NCBI GenBank assembly: GCA_040954595.2
Contig: CM082598.2
Coordinates: 7,021,097-7,085,096 of the forward strand
Source of the DNA: Balanoglossus misakiensis
Taxonomy: Eukaryota; Animalia; Hemichordata
Direction: 5' to 3'
Length of the DNA: 64,000 nucleotides
In this document: piece by piece, positions 1-13,000 of the stretch
Position numbering within the stretch: position 1 is the stretch's first letter
How the letters are laid out: every line of letters begins with the position of its first letter
Program-made: the position numbers and the translations under genes
Notes under the pieces: model-generated
What the model was told of the DNA's origin: nothing
The model's input: the letters and a program-made list of their open reading frames with translations, nothing else
The model's database searches: none

Positions 1-14
1 GCTTGTAAGTTTAA

Positions 15-1514
15 CACTTTCACTGCGTAGTTAATATATGCTAATGTATTCCTGTGCGTAGTTTCCTATGGTAAATTTAACTAATAAACAATGTTTTACT
101 TTACCATCTCTCTCTCTTGTAATATGAAAGTATATGCAATGATATTTCCAGCAAGTATATTTTATAAGACAACCAACATAATAAAACTGAAAAATGGTCA
201 CATGACCATTAATTGGTCATGTGACACTGGCGGCCATAATGGATTTCTGTCGAAATATGGTAAAAACAACAGATATTGTAATATAAGTGACTGAAATTCT
301 GTATTTAATTCATTGTATCACAGCTGACAGACAAAAATAGTCAAAAACAACTTCCCCCTGTATAAAAGGGAATAACAAGTGACTTTTGAGCAAGAAATTT
401 GATCAAATTTATTAATGGACCATAAAAAGAATTATCAAATCATGCCCACCATTTACATGTATACATGTTTAAAATCTGAGAAAGAAATAGAGTTTATTAG
501 TGAAAAGGTGAATGATTGAATTTGTAAATAAATAATAATAATAAAATAAATTCATTAAGTAATTTATTACATGCTCTACGATTTAATGAATTGCAAGTTG
601 AAGAAATCAAGATTGGTAAATATGAATATACACACATTTAAAAAAAAAATTCATTAGCATAGTACTGTTTTGGCAATTCATTTCAAATGGATATAATACT
701 CTGACAACATAGACTTCTGGCAAAGTCCCATCATGATTTGCAAAGAAACCTACGCCTTCATTTAATTCAGTGAAGTAGGCATCTAGCGAAATCTTGACCG
801 GAAGGGCAACTCATCAATTGCAGGGTTGTCAAAAAATTGTGCGGTGTACATATCAGTTTGCTCTGACAATGACATCAACTCAAACACATCAGCACGAAAG
901 AACAGCTGAAAAAAGTCAACGGGTGCAAAGTCATCAGTGTCAACTAATAAACCTTAGCGATGATCGTATACAGATAACCAGTCCGGTGTGTAATTGTCAT
1001 TTACGTCATACAAAACCCACCGCGTGTCACCATTAACGTTACGACGTCTGAGAACATGGCAAAAACCCTCCCTCTCTATCTGTCTCTACTCTGTTTTCTC
1101 CGTGTCTGGCTTCTATTTCTGGTTCTATGATGTTGTTGTCCGTAATTTGGCTTCCGCTATCGCTATGATCGCTGTCACTATCCTGAAAGACTTGTTCAAG
1201 AACTTCGTCGGCATCAAACTTTGCCCATGTCGCCATTTTTAAATACCAAGTGAATGAAAAAATATGATCGGGGTGACCTAAAATCAGCTGTATAAGGAAA
1301 CCCTTTGATGACAAAATCGACTTGATTGTTTACAATACATATGCGCATGCTCAATTAGGGTTGACCCCTGTCCTATATAAAGTCATACAAAATGAGTAAG
1401 TAAGCAACGAACATAAAATAGAACAGACCAAGTAACGGACGCGATCTTGGCGCATTTATGCGCCTCCCGCATTCTGACTGCCGGCGCAGAAAACGCCCTC
1501 CCGCAGCGAAAGTG
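15..1514 (-). mobile_element. Internally deleted piggyBac-family DNA transposon
   Basis: 13-bp TIRs CACTTTCACTGCG (15-27) and CGCAGCGAAAGTG (1502-1514), matching 12/13. Each is flanked by TTAA (11-14, 1515-1518). Contains a transposase remnant. Confidence 0.85.
690..1236 (-). pseudogene. piggyBac transposase N-terminal remnant
   Basis: ATG at 1236 gives MATWAKFDADEVLEQVFQDSDSD (acidic N-terminus typical of piggyBac transposases). Manual translation of about 955-690 gives GLLVDTDDFAPVDFFQLFF..EQTDMYTAQFF..RSRFR*..*MKA*VSLQIMMGL..LSEYY, matching the start of the piggyBac DDE domain but with several stops. The catalytic core is missing. Confidence 0.75.
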
Positions 1515-1529
1515 TTAATTGTCTTCTTC

Positions 1530-2950
1530 ATGACGGCCATATTGGATTTTCTGATAATTTCTACAAGTTGACATTTATTTTCAAAACTGCAGGGCAAATC
1601 AATTACTAATTGACTGTCTGGTTCAAAGTTTGACAATAATATCATTAGTGGTCATGTGACTTTTGATGCCTTATTGGATTTTTGAAAATCTCATTAAAAT
1701 TGTCATTTTTTTATCTAATCAAGTTTTCAAGTGAATTTTGATTGGTTAAATCTCATTGGAGCCAAATAAGATGTTCTAAACTCCGATTAAAAACTAAATT
1801 TTCCTATTTTAGCCTATGCATTGATTGCATACAAATTCCTTTAATGGATACGAGTCACCATAAGACTAGAATATGTTACAATTTTTTGGCAACTTTCACA
1901 TGTCCTTTGATCCAACCTTTTTCAACACCTAATAATACAAATTTTTGGCAACTTTCATTTGTCTTTTGATCCAGATCTTTCAGAACTTAATGAAAGCTTA
2001 TTGAAGCCAAATTGGATTTTATGAATTCTGATTAAAAACTAACATTTCCTTATTCTGGGCTACTCATTGATTGCACACCAATTCTTTTTATAGATACGAG
2101 TCTTCATATGACCAGAATACATTGCATTTTTTTTGGCAACTTTCGCATGTATTTTGATCCAGTTTTATTTCAGAACTTAATTATTCGTGGATGTGCCTCT
2201 TGTTGAAAAGCACAACAGTGATGATTTTTGTCACATTAATATTACTGCTGCCAGGACATTACCCAAATATTTTGATAATTTTGGCATTGAACTTCGTTCA
2301 ACATTTGGCACCTGTTTTCTTTTCTGAATATCTTATTGCGGCAAGACTAGTAGCACTAGAGGTTTGGTTTTGATGTATATGGACAAGTATGGGACTTAGG
2401 TATTTTTGTTACATTTGGAATCCACTGGACCAATGTTGACCTTATTAAATATGTGCATATCTAATGCTGAGCTTACCCACATTGTTACAGGTTGAATTTT
2501 TTATGAACATGCTCTACTATTGGACTTAATTTTTTTGCTGAATTTCTTGACCAATGATAATCTTATAAATATGTGCTTACGTAATTGTAGACTAGACAAT
2601 GAAGCTTTGAGTCTTGGTTTCCTTGAACATTGACCACTATGCAATCAAAATTTTTTTTGATGGCTTTTGTTACTTTTAACCTATTTTTCCATGCCTTGGC
2701 ATGCACAGCAGATAACGCCTTAAAATTTTGAAGGCTGGAGCGCCTAATAACCAGGTTAACCAATAGAGCCAGAAGTCTTGTTTTTCATTTTACACTGATC
2801 ATTTTGGAAGAAAATATTGTTGACAATTTTGGGTGAGCTCTTGGTGACCTTTGATCAACTTTCCTATAAACATAGCAGATACAGCATTGGCACTCTCTGG
2901 TATCCATAGGAACTGCTTAGACCTAGCCAATGTTGGTTGCACCTTAATTT
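1530..2950. repeat. Old, diverged interspersed repeat related to the 3031-4412 element
   Basis: Shares the motifs GGCCATATTGGATTT, GACCTTTGA and CTAGAGGTTTGGTTTT with 3031-4412. Has an internal duplication (about 1790-1930 vs 2030-2180). Boundaries are approximate. Confidence 0.45.
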
Positions 2951-3030
2951 TTTTTAATTAATTGACCATATGCACCCCTTGACCCACAGTACGTTGTGTT
3001 GGGCTGGCTTGCCACATTAATGCTATCATT

Positions 3031-4412
3031 AGGGGCACAAGCCAGGCCAGGTAGATCTGGAAAACCGCAGCACCTATGGGGCTGAAACTTGGTATGGTGA
3101 TAGGGGCCAATGAGTAGACCTACAGGGGCCGTGAATATTTAATTAGTCACGTGACCTGGCGGCCATATTGGATTTTCCGAAAACCGTTAAATGACTCCTC
3201 AAAAACTACTGTGCCAATCGAGTTCAAATTTTGTGTGCAGGTAGCCTACCTTCTGTCCATAATTTTACCCCATTGAAATCATGATGTCAAATATAAAGTT
3301 TTTTTGCTACAATTTTTTTTCTGAAAAACTACTTAAAACTTGAAAAATCTTCTTCTCCAGAAGCAGTGATCGCCGAGTTATGGGATTCGGGGTATGCGGT
3401 CACCTAACCTATGTCTTTCAAGTTTGCGAAGTGCACTGTGATTGGTCGATCATTATGGCGGCCATATTGGATTTCCTGAAAACCATTGAAAATGTAAATT
3501 CCGTTTTATAGCCAAAATGTTGACACCACGGAAATTATTTTTGTGGATATAAGTCATCATATGACCGGAACTTGTCACAATTTTGGGGGGCAATTTTCAC
3601 ATGACCTTTGACCCAGTTTTAAACCAACTAATTATATATGCATATTCCCCATACCTCCTCTTGTAAAAGCACTACAGTCATGAATTTTGTGGACATGGTT
3701 ACCAATGCTGTCAGGACATGACACAACTATTTTGGCAATGACCTTTGACCTATTTCTGAAACATCATTTTTCTGCATATCTAAATCCAGGCTAACCAATA
3801 GGGCTCCAGGTCTGGTTTTTGTTGGACATGGCCCACTATGGGGTCAAACTTTTATGCCCAAATTTTGGGTGACCTTTGACCTACTTTCCCATATCTCAGC
3901 ATCCAGAGCAGTTACAGTCCTGGCTATTGGGGGATTGACCACCTAATAGAGTCTTACACAATACCTCATTAATTATGTGCATATCTTATTCCAAGCTAAC
4001 CAACAGGGCTAGAGGTTTGGTTTTTGTTGGTTAAGGACATGTGTGGTGTCAAAATGTTTTGCTCAAATTTTGGTGACCTCAGGTGACCTTTGACCTTCTT
4101 CCCTATATCTCGGCATCCAGACAGGATAGAGCCTTGGCTTTTGGAGGGATTGAACACCTTTTGGAGTCTTTTATGTTACCTCATTAATTATGCACATATC
4201 TAATTCCAGGCTAACCAATAGGGCTAGAGGTTTGTTTTTTTGTTGGTCATGGACAAGTATGGTGTCAAAATGTTTTGCCCAAATTTGGGTGAACTCAGGT
4301 GACCTTTGACCTACTTTCCCATATCTTGGTATCCACAGCAGATACAGCTTTGGGATTCGCCGGTTACCATGGGAACCGTTTGTGCCCCACCAACGCTGCT
4401 TGCAGCTTTAAT
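3031..4412 (+). mobile_element. Non-autonomous Helentron/HINE-like element with internal ~210-bp tandem repeats
   Basis: Inverted pair GGGGCACAA (3032-3040) / TTGTGCCCC (4380-4388), followed by hairpin GCTGC-TT-GCAGC (4395-4406) and a T-rich end. Internal repeats start near 3775, 3980 and 4195. TATCATT flanks both sides. Confidence 0.5.
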
Positions 4413-4444
4413 TATCATTGATTTCATGTATTTAATTCTTTCAT

Positions 4445-5150
4445 TCTTTTTTCTTCTGTAGGTCCCACCGGTACTCTTCTTCTTCTCTCTCTCTTTCTTT
4501 CTTTCTTTCTCTTTTTTCTCTCTTCTCTTTTTTTTCCCTGTAGGCCCCAATGGTAACACCATAATCAACCTACTAACGTAAAATTTGATGGATAAGTGGA
4601 GCGGAGTGTCAACCATAGTCAACCTACTAATATAAACTTTGATGGATGGATGGAGCGGAGCGTCAACCATAGTCAACCTACTAATATTAAACTTTGATGG
4701 ATGGATGGAGCGGAGCGTCAACCATAGTCAACCTACTAAATATAAACTTTGATGGATGGATGGGGTGGAGCGTCAACCATAGTCAACCTGCTAAAATATA
4801 AACTTTGATGGATGGATGGGCCCATGGAGCATCAACTTAAACGATGGAGAAGTGGAAGGATGGAGAAGAAGAGTTTTTTTTCTCTTTTTTCTCTTTTTTT
4901 TCCTGTAGGGCTCACTGGTAACACCATAATCAACCTACTAACGTAAAATTTGATGGATGGATGGATGGAGCGGAGTGTCAACCATAGTCAACCTACTAAT
5001 ATTAAACTTGGATGGATGGATGGGGTGGAGCGTCAACCATAGTCAACCTGCTAAAATATAAACTTTGAAGAATGGATGGTGCCGTGGAGCGTCAACTTAA
5101 AGGATGGAGAAGTGGAAGGATTGAGAAGTGGAGTTTCAACATAATAAACC
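4445..5150. repeat. CT-rich low-complexity tracts plus ~60-bp minisatellite (AACCATAGTCAACCTACTAA..GATGGATGGAGCGGAGCGTC), arranged as two related blocks
   Basis: Repeated units visible at 4557-4830 and 4920-5100. Each block is preceded by TTTTTCCTGTAGG..TGGTAACACCATAATC. Confidence 0.85.
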
Positions 5151-5664
5151 TATTGACCGAAATTATGAGGTAGAGTTATATAGGAGTACAAAATGAAGTG
5201 ATCATAATATAAAACTTAATAGTCCAATAAATCAGGTTAATAATTGGTAGTGATTACTTATGCTAAAATAAGGTTAACAGCAATGGCTTTGTGCAGGGTA
5301 TGATAATAGGTTCATAAATGTGTATGGTTTAATGAAGGCGAACAAATATGAATGGTTTAATAAAAGGGTTACAAATGTGATGACGGCTTATGGTAAAATT
5401 TGAGTGTACACAGGTTATAAAGGAGTAACAGAGGTTGCTTGTATGAAGGGAATGATTATAGGGTAACAAATGTGACTGGTATAAAAGGGTATAATAATGG
5501 GTTTATAATATGATGATGGCTTGTGTACACAGGTTATAATGGGTATATGAATGAGAAGGGTATAATAAATGGTGATAACTGTGTCGGGTTTAATAAAGGT
5601 AACAATCATGGAAGGGTATAATAACGATTAATAATTGCGGTGATGGCTTATGGTGATATTAAGT

Positions 5665-5783
5665 ATACAAGGGTGTTAATATTGATGATGATGACAGAGG
5701 TATAATAATGATATAACATTAAATACAAGGGTGTTAATATTGATGATGATGACAGAGGTATAATAATGATATAACATTAAATA
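5665..5783. repeat. 58-bp tandem duplication
   Basis: ATACAAGGGTGTTAATATTGATGATGATGACAGAGG... at 5665 and again at 5723. Confidence 0.9.
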
Positions 5784-7034
5784 AGTGTCCAGGGTCTAAT
5801 AATCATGTTGGTTCATTCATTGGTTAATGTGTATATTTTATGAATAACATGCTATTATTTCTCAGATAGATAATACTCGTCAGCATCGTTATTCGGTGGA
5901 ATTTCTCTCAACGGTACCCGTGATCGTATTCGCGCATCAACACATTGTACGCGACAGACAGGCAGAAAATGTTAGGTTAGCTAAACCTCCCCACCCCATC
6001 CAAATTCCAAATTTAGCTTAGATCATGGGGTGAGAGGAGGAGAGGACAGTTTTTTTTCCTCTTTTGTAACTGGTCTGAGGTTTTTAACTGCCCTTTAGGC
6101 GCGTAAATAAGATATGTAATCATACAAGTAGTTATCTTGCTTTATTTTAAAACAATTATGATAGAGCTCTGCGAGATTATGTACACGATAGTGTGTTATA
6201 TAATGCTAAGGTAAAAGTAAACTTAACCCACTAACCCATCACTCTATTGTGTGCATAATTTGCAGATGCTATTTTCACTGGCCCATTGTCACAGTTCAAC
6301 AACATGACACCTTGTTTCAAAAACAGCAGAAACTATTTTTATTAATTTCTTTCAGGTTAACTACATGACACATTGTTTCAAATTGGCCTGCAAGATATAC
6401 TACTTGAACCTCCAGCCCCCTCCCCCCCCCCAAAAAAAAAAAAAAAAATTAGGGATTAATCAATCGCTATATTATGAACATTCACATGAAAATTATGCAA
6501 CCAAATTAGAGGTATTCTGGAGGCGTCTTCTGATGTCAGGTGGTTCAAATCCACCAATACCTAAGCTGGAAACATAACTTTTCATTGGTGTTCATATATG
6601 GCGAATAAAACATGCATATTCATATTCTCAAATTTCAGAAATGAACAAATTGAAGTAGATTCTTTTCGATATGCCATTATAAAGCAACTTTAATCCTATT
6701 TTACCCACTTTACTCCAAATGTTGTGTTTAAATTGCCCACAAGTAAGTCTTTTCTTATCTGCATGTATTGTTAACGTTTCCCGCAAAGTGTATAACTGCA
6801 TGTCTTGTGATCAGTATTGTGACATCTAAGAAGAACGGGAACTGGTCAGAGAACTGGGATATGGGAGCTGACAAACTGAGTTGTTGGAAATTCAAGGAGA
6901 CTAATTAGCACTTTTCCAAATTCTCTTGAACTCTGACAAGGAGCTAAACAAGGCACCAAACGGAAAGGTCATTCTGTCACATAAAGTCATTTTCAAGTGG
7001 TTAAAGGATCGAGGGTTCGAACACTGGTATGGTT

Positions 7035-10000
7035 GGGTAAATGGTGAAGCATGCTTGATGATGCATCAGGGTCAATGGTGATACAAGCTCTGCACTTTTG
7101 ACATAGGTATAAAATGCATACAGGGCGATTTAAACTTGACTGTAAATCCCTAGATTGATATGTGGCCAAAAGCACTTTTATTTGACATTGCTAATGCTAC
7201 TGTGACACTAAATCTAATTCTTTGCATCAGGGTAAATGGTGAATCAAGCTTGATGATGCATCAGGGTAGATGGTGTTTCAAGCCCTTCACTTTAACATTG
7301 GAATATAATGCATATGGGGATTACAAGTTGATTGTAAATCCCCAGGTGAATACATGGCCAAAAGCACTAAAATTTAAAATTGCTAATGCAAGGGTGACAT
7401 TGAATCTGATTCTTTGCATCTGGGCAAATGCTGAAGAATGCTTTTTGATGCACCAGGGTCAATGGTGATGCAATCACTAAACTTTGACACCAGGGTTTAA
7501 AATGCATGCAGGGGGATTAAACGTTGACTGAAAATATGCACTTTGACATAGTTATAAAATGCATTCAGGGGGATTAAAAGTTGACTGAAAATCCCTGGGT
7601 TAATACGTGTCCAAAAGCACTGTAATTTGACATTGCTAATGCAATGGTGACATTGAATGTGATTCTTTGCATCCAGGGCAAATGGTGAAGCAAGCTTGAT
7701 GACGCATCAGAGTAAACAGTGATGCAAGCTCTGCACTTTCACATAGGTATTTAATGCATATGCATGAGTATTGTAAGTTGTCTCTAAATCCCCAGGTTAA
7801 TACGTAGCCAAAAGCACTGTAATTTTGCATTGCTAATGCAATGGTGCCACTAAATCTGATTCTTTGCATCGGGGCAAATTGTGAAGCATGCTTGATGATG
7901 CAAACATTGCTTTTGACATGGGTATTTAATGCATACGCATTGATATTTAAAGTTGACTCTAAATCCCCAGGTTAATACATGGCCAAAAGCACTATAATTT
8001 GACATTGCTAATGCAACAGTGACATTGAATGTGATTCTTTGCATCGAGGTAAATGACGATGCAAGCTTGATGATGCATCACGGTAGACAGTGATGCAAAC
8101 ACTTCGTTTTGACATGGGTGTAAAATGCATCTGGGGTTTTCAAGTTGCTTATAAATCCCAGGGTTAATATGTGTCCAAAAATGGAAAATTTGACATTGCT
8201 AATGCAACGGTGGCATTGAATCTAATTCTTTGCATCAGGGTAAATGGCGAATCAAGGTTGATGATGCATCATGGTAGATAGTGATGCAAACACTTCGCTT
8301 TGACATGGGTATTTAATGCATATGGGGTTTTCAAGTTGATTATACATCCTAGGGTTAATACGTGTCCATAAGCACTGTAATTTGACATTGCTAATGCAAC
8401 TGTGACATTGAATCTAATTCTTTGCATCAGGGTAAATGGCGAACCAAGGTTGATGATGCATCATGGTAGATAGTGATGCAAACACTTCGCTTTGACATGG
8501 GTATTTAATGCATATGGGGTTTTCAAGTTGATTATACATCCTAGGGTTAATACGTGTCCAAAAGCACTTTAATTTGACATTACTAATGCAACGGTGACAT
8601 TGAATCTGATTCTGTGCATCAGGGTAAATGGCAAAGCAAGCTTGATGATGCATCATGGTAGATTGTGATGCAAACACTTCACTTTGACATGGGTGTAAAA
8701 TGCATCAGGGGTTTTCAAGTTGATTATACATCCTAGGGTTAATATGTGTCCAAAAGCACTTTAATTTGACATTGCTAATGCAACGGTGACATTGAATCTG
8801 ATTCTTTGCATCAAAGTAAATGGCGATGCAAGCTTGATGATGCATCATGGTAGATAGTGATGCAAACACGTCACTTTGACATGGGTGTAAAATGCATCTG
8901 GGGTTTTCAAGTTGTTTGTAAATCCCCAGGTTAATACGTAGCCAAAAGCACGGTAATTTGACATTGCTAATGCAAGGGTGACATTGAATCTGATTCTTTG
9001 CATCAGGGCAAATGCTGAAGAATGCTTGATGATGCACCATGGTCAATGGTGATGCAATCACTAAACTTTGACACCAGGGTTTAAAATGCATACAGGGGAG
9101 TTAAAATTTGACTGAAAATTCCTGGGTTAATACCTGGCCAAACGCAATGTAATTTGACATTGCTAATGCAACGGTGACATTGAATCTGATTCTTTGCATT
9201 AGGGCAATTGGCGAAGCAAGCTTAATGATGCATCAGAGTAGAATGTGATGCAAGGTCTGTACTTTGACATAGGTATGTAATGCATATGCCTGGTTATTTA
9301 AAGTTGTCTGTAAATCCCCAGGTTAATACATAGCCAAAAGCACTGTAATTTTACATTACAAAGCAATGGTGACACTAAATCTGATTCTTTAAATCAGGGT
9401 AAATTGTGAAGCATGCTTGATGATGCATCAGGGTCAATGGTGCTGCAAACACTGCACTTTGACATGGGTATTTAATGCATATGCATTGATATTCAAAGTT
9501 GACTCTAAATCCTCGGTTAATACATGGCCAAAAGCACTGTAATTTAAAATTGCTAATGCAAGGGTGACATTGAATCTGATTCTATGCATCAGGGCAAATA
9601 CTGAAGAATGCTTAATGATGCACCTAGGTCAATTGTGATGCAATCACTAAACTTTGACACAAGCGTTTAAAATGCATACAGGGGGATTAAAGGATGACTG
9701 AAAATTCCTGGGTTAATACGTGTCAAAAAGCACTGTAATTTGACATTGCTAATGCAACGGTGACATTGAATCTGATTCTTTGCATCAGGGTAAATGGCGA
9801 TGCAAGCTTGATGATGAATCACGGTAGATAGTGATGCAAACACTTCGCTTTGACATGGGTATTTAATGCATATGGGGATTTCAAGTTAATTGTAAATCCC
9901 TGGGTTAATACGTGGCCAAACGCACTGTAATTTAAAATTGCTAATGCAAGGGTGACATTGAATCTGATTCTTTGCATCTGGGCAAATTGTGAAGCATGCT

Positions 10001-13000
10001 TGATGATGCAAACATTGCTTTTGACATGAGTATTTAATGCATACGCATTGATATTTAAAGTTGACTCTAAATCCCAAGGTTAATACATGGCCAAAAGCAC
10101 TATAATTTGACATTGCTAATGCAACGGTGACATTGAATGTGATTCTTTGCATCGAGGTAAATGGTGATGCAAGCTTGATGATGCATCACAGTAGATAGTG
10201 ATGCAATCACTTCGCTTTGACATGGGTGTAAAATGCATCTGGGGTTTTCGAGTTGATTATAAATCACAGGGTTAATATGTGTCCAAAAACATGGAAATTT
10301 GACATTGCTAATGCAACGGTGACAATGAATCTAATTCTTTGCATCAGGGTAAATGGCGAATCAAGGTTGATGATGCATCATGGTAGATAGTGATGCAAAC
10401 ACTTCGCTTTGACATGGGTACTTAATGCATATGAGGTTTTCAAGTTGATTATAAATCCTAGGGTTAATACGTGTCCAAAAGCACTGTAATTTGACATTGC
10501 TAATGCAACGGTGACATTGAATCTGATTCTGTGCATCAGGGTAAATGGCGAAGCAAGCTTGTTAATGCATCATGGTAGATAGTGATGCAAACACTTCGCT
10601 TTGACATGGGTGTAAAATGCATCTGGGGTTTTCAAGTTGTTTGTAAATCCCCAGGTTAATACGTAGCCAAAAGCACGGTAATTTGACATTGCTAATGCAA
10701 GGGTGACATTGAATCTGATTCTTTGCATCAGGGCAAATGCTGAGGAATGATTGATGATGCACCAGGGTCAATGGTGATGCAATCACTAAACTTTGACACT
10801 GGGGTTTAAAATGCATACAGGGGGATTAAAAGTTGACTGAAAATTCCTGGGTTAATACCTGGCCAAACGGAATGTAATTTGACATTGCTAATGCAACGGT
10901 GACATTGAATCTGATTCTTTGCACTAGGGTAAATGGCGAAGCAAGCTTGATGATGCATCAGGGTAGATAGTGATGCAAACACGTCACTTTGACATGGGTA
11001 TAAAATGCATATGGGGATTTCAAATTAATTGTAAATCCCTGGGTTAATACGTGGCCAAACACACTATAATTTGACATTGCTAATGCAATAGTGACTCTAA
11101 AACTGATTCTTTGCATCAGGGCAAATTGTGAAGCATGCTTGATGATGCAAACACTGCATTTTGACATGGGTATTTAATGCATATGCATTGATTTTTAAAG
11201 TTGACTCTAAATACCCAGGTTAATACATGGTCAAAAGCACTGTAATTTAAAATTGCTAATGCACGAGTGACATTGAATCTGATTCTTTGCATTAGGGCAA
11301 TTGGCGAAGCAAGCTTAATGATGCATCAGAGTAGAATGTGATGCAAGGTCTGCACTTTGACATAGGTATGTAATGCATATGCCTGGTTATTTAAAGTTGT
11401 CTGTAAATCCCCAGGTTAATACGTAGCCAAAAGCACTGTAATTTGACATTACAAAGCAATGGTGACACTAAATCTGATTCTTTAAATCAGGGTAAATTGT
11501 GAAGCATGCTTGATGATGCATCACGGTAGAGAGTGATGCAAACACTTCGCTTTGACATAGGTATAACATGCATATGGGGTTTTCAAGTTGATTATAAATC
11601 CTAGGGTTAATACGTGTCCAAAAGCACTTTAATTTGACTTTGCTAATGCAACGGTGACATTGAATCTGATTCTTTGCATCAAAGTAAATGGCGATGCAAG
11701 CTTGATGATGCATCTAGGTAGATAGTGATGCAAACACTTCGCTTTGACATGGGTATTTAATGCATATGGGGTTTTCAAGTTCATTATAAATCCCTCAGTT
11801 AATACGTGTCGAAAAGCACTGTAATTTAAAATTGCTAATGCGATGGTGACATTGAATTTGATTCTTTGCATCAGGGCAAATAGTGAAGCATGCTTGATGA
11901 TGCAAACACTGCATTTTGACATAGGTATTTAATGCATATGCATGGGTATTTGAAGTTGTCTTTAAATCTCCAGGTTAATACGTAGCCAAAAAGCACTGTA
12001 ATTTGACATTGCTAATGCAATGGTGACACTAAATCTGATTCTTTGTATCAGGGTAAATGGCGAAGCAAGCTTGATGATCATCACGGTAGAGAGTGATGCA
12101 AACACTTCGCTTTGACATAGGTATAACATGCATATGGGGATTTCAAGTTGATTATAAATCCCTGGGTTAATACGTGTCCAAAAGCACTGTAATTTGACAT
12201 TGCTTATGCAATAGTGACACTAAAACTGATTCTTTGCATCAGGGCAAATTGTGAAGCATGCTTGATGATGAGTCAGAGTCAATTCCTGGGTTAATACGTG
12301 TCAAAAAGCACTGTAATTTTACATTGCTAATGCAATGGTGACATTGAATCTAATTCTTTGCATCAGGGTAAATGGCGATGCAAGCTTGATGATGAATCAC
12401 GGTAGATAGTGATGCAAACACTTCGCTTTGACATGGGTATTTAATGCATATGGGGATTTCAAGTTAATTGTAAATCCCAGGGTAAATACGTGTCCAAAAG
12501 TACTGTAATTTGACATTGCTAATGCAATGGTGACATTCAATGTAAATCTTTGCATTAGGGCAAATGGCGAAGCAAGCTTAATGATGGATCAGAGTAGATG
12601 GATATGCAAGCTCTGCACTTTGACATGGGTGTAAAATGCATCTGGGGTTTTCAAGTTGATTATAAATCCCAGGGTTAATACGTGGCCAAACGCACTGTAA
12701 TTTGACATTGCTAATGCAATGGTGACATTGAATGTAAATCTTTGCATTAGGGCAAATGGCGAAGCAAGCTTAATGATGGATCAGAGTAGATGGTGATGCA
12801 AGCTCTGCACTTTGACATGGGTGTAAAATGCATCTGGGGTTTTTAAGTTGATTATAAATCGTAGGGTTAATACGTGTCCAAAAGCACTTTAATTTGACAT
12901 TGCTAATGCAACGGTGACATTGAATCTGATTCTTTGAATCAAAGTAAATGGCGAAGCAAGCTTGATGATGCATCAGGGTAGATAGTGATGCAATCACTTC

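Noticed and set aside
4311-4721. 136-aa Lys/Glu-rich ORF
   Set aside because: Translation of a minisatellite and a CT-rich low-complexity tract.
5800-7030. Possible host exon(s) in the unique-looking stretch (also 44350-45130)
   Set aside because: No recognisable protein motif or convincing splice-flanked ORF. Small exons cannot be excluded without transcript data.
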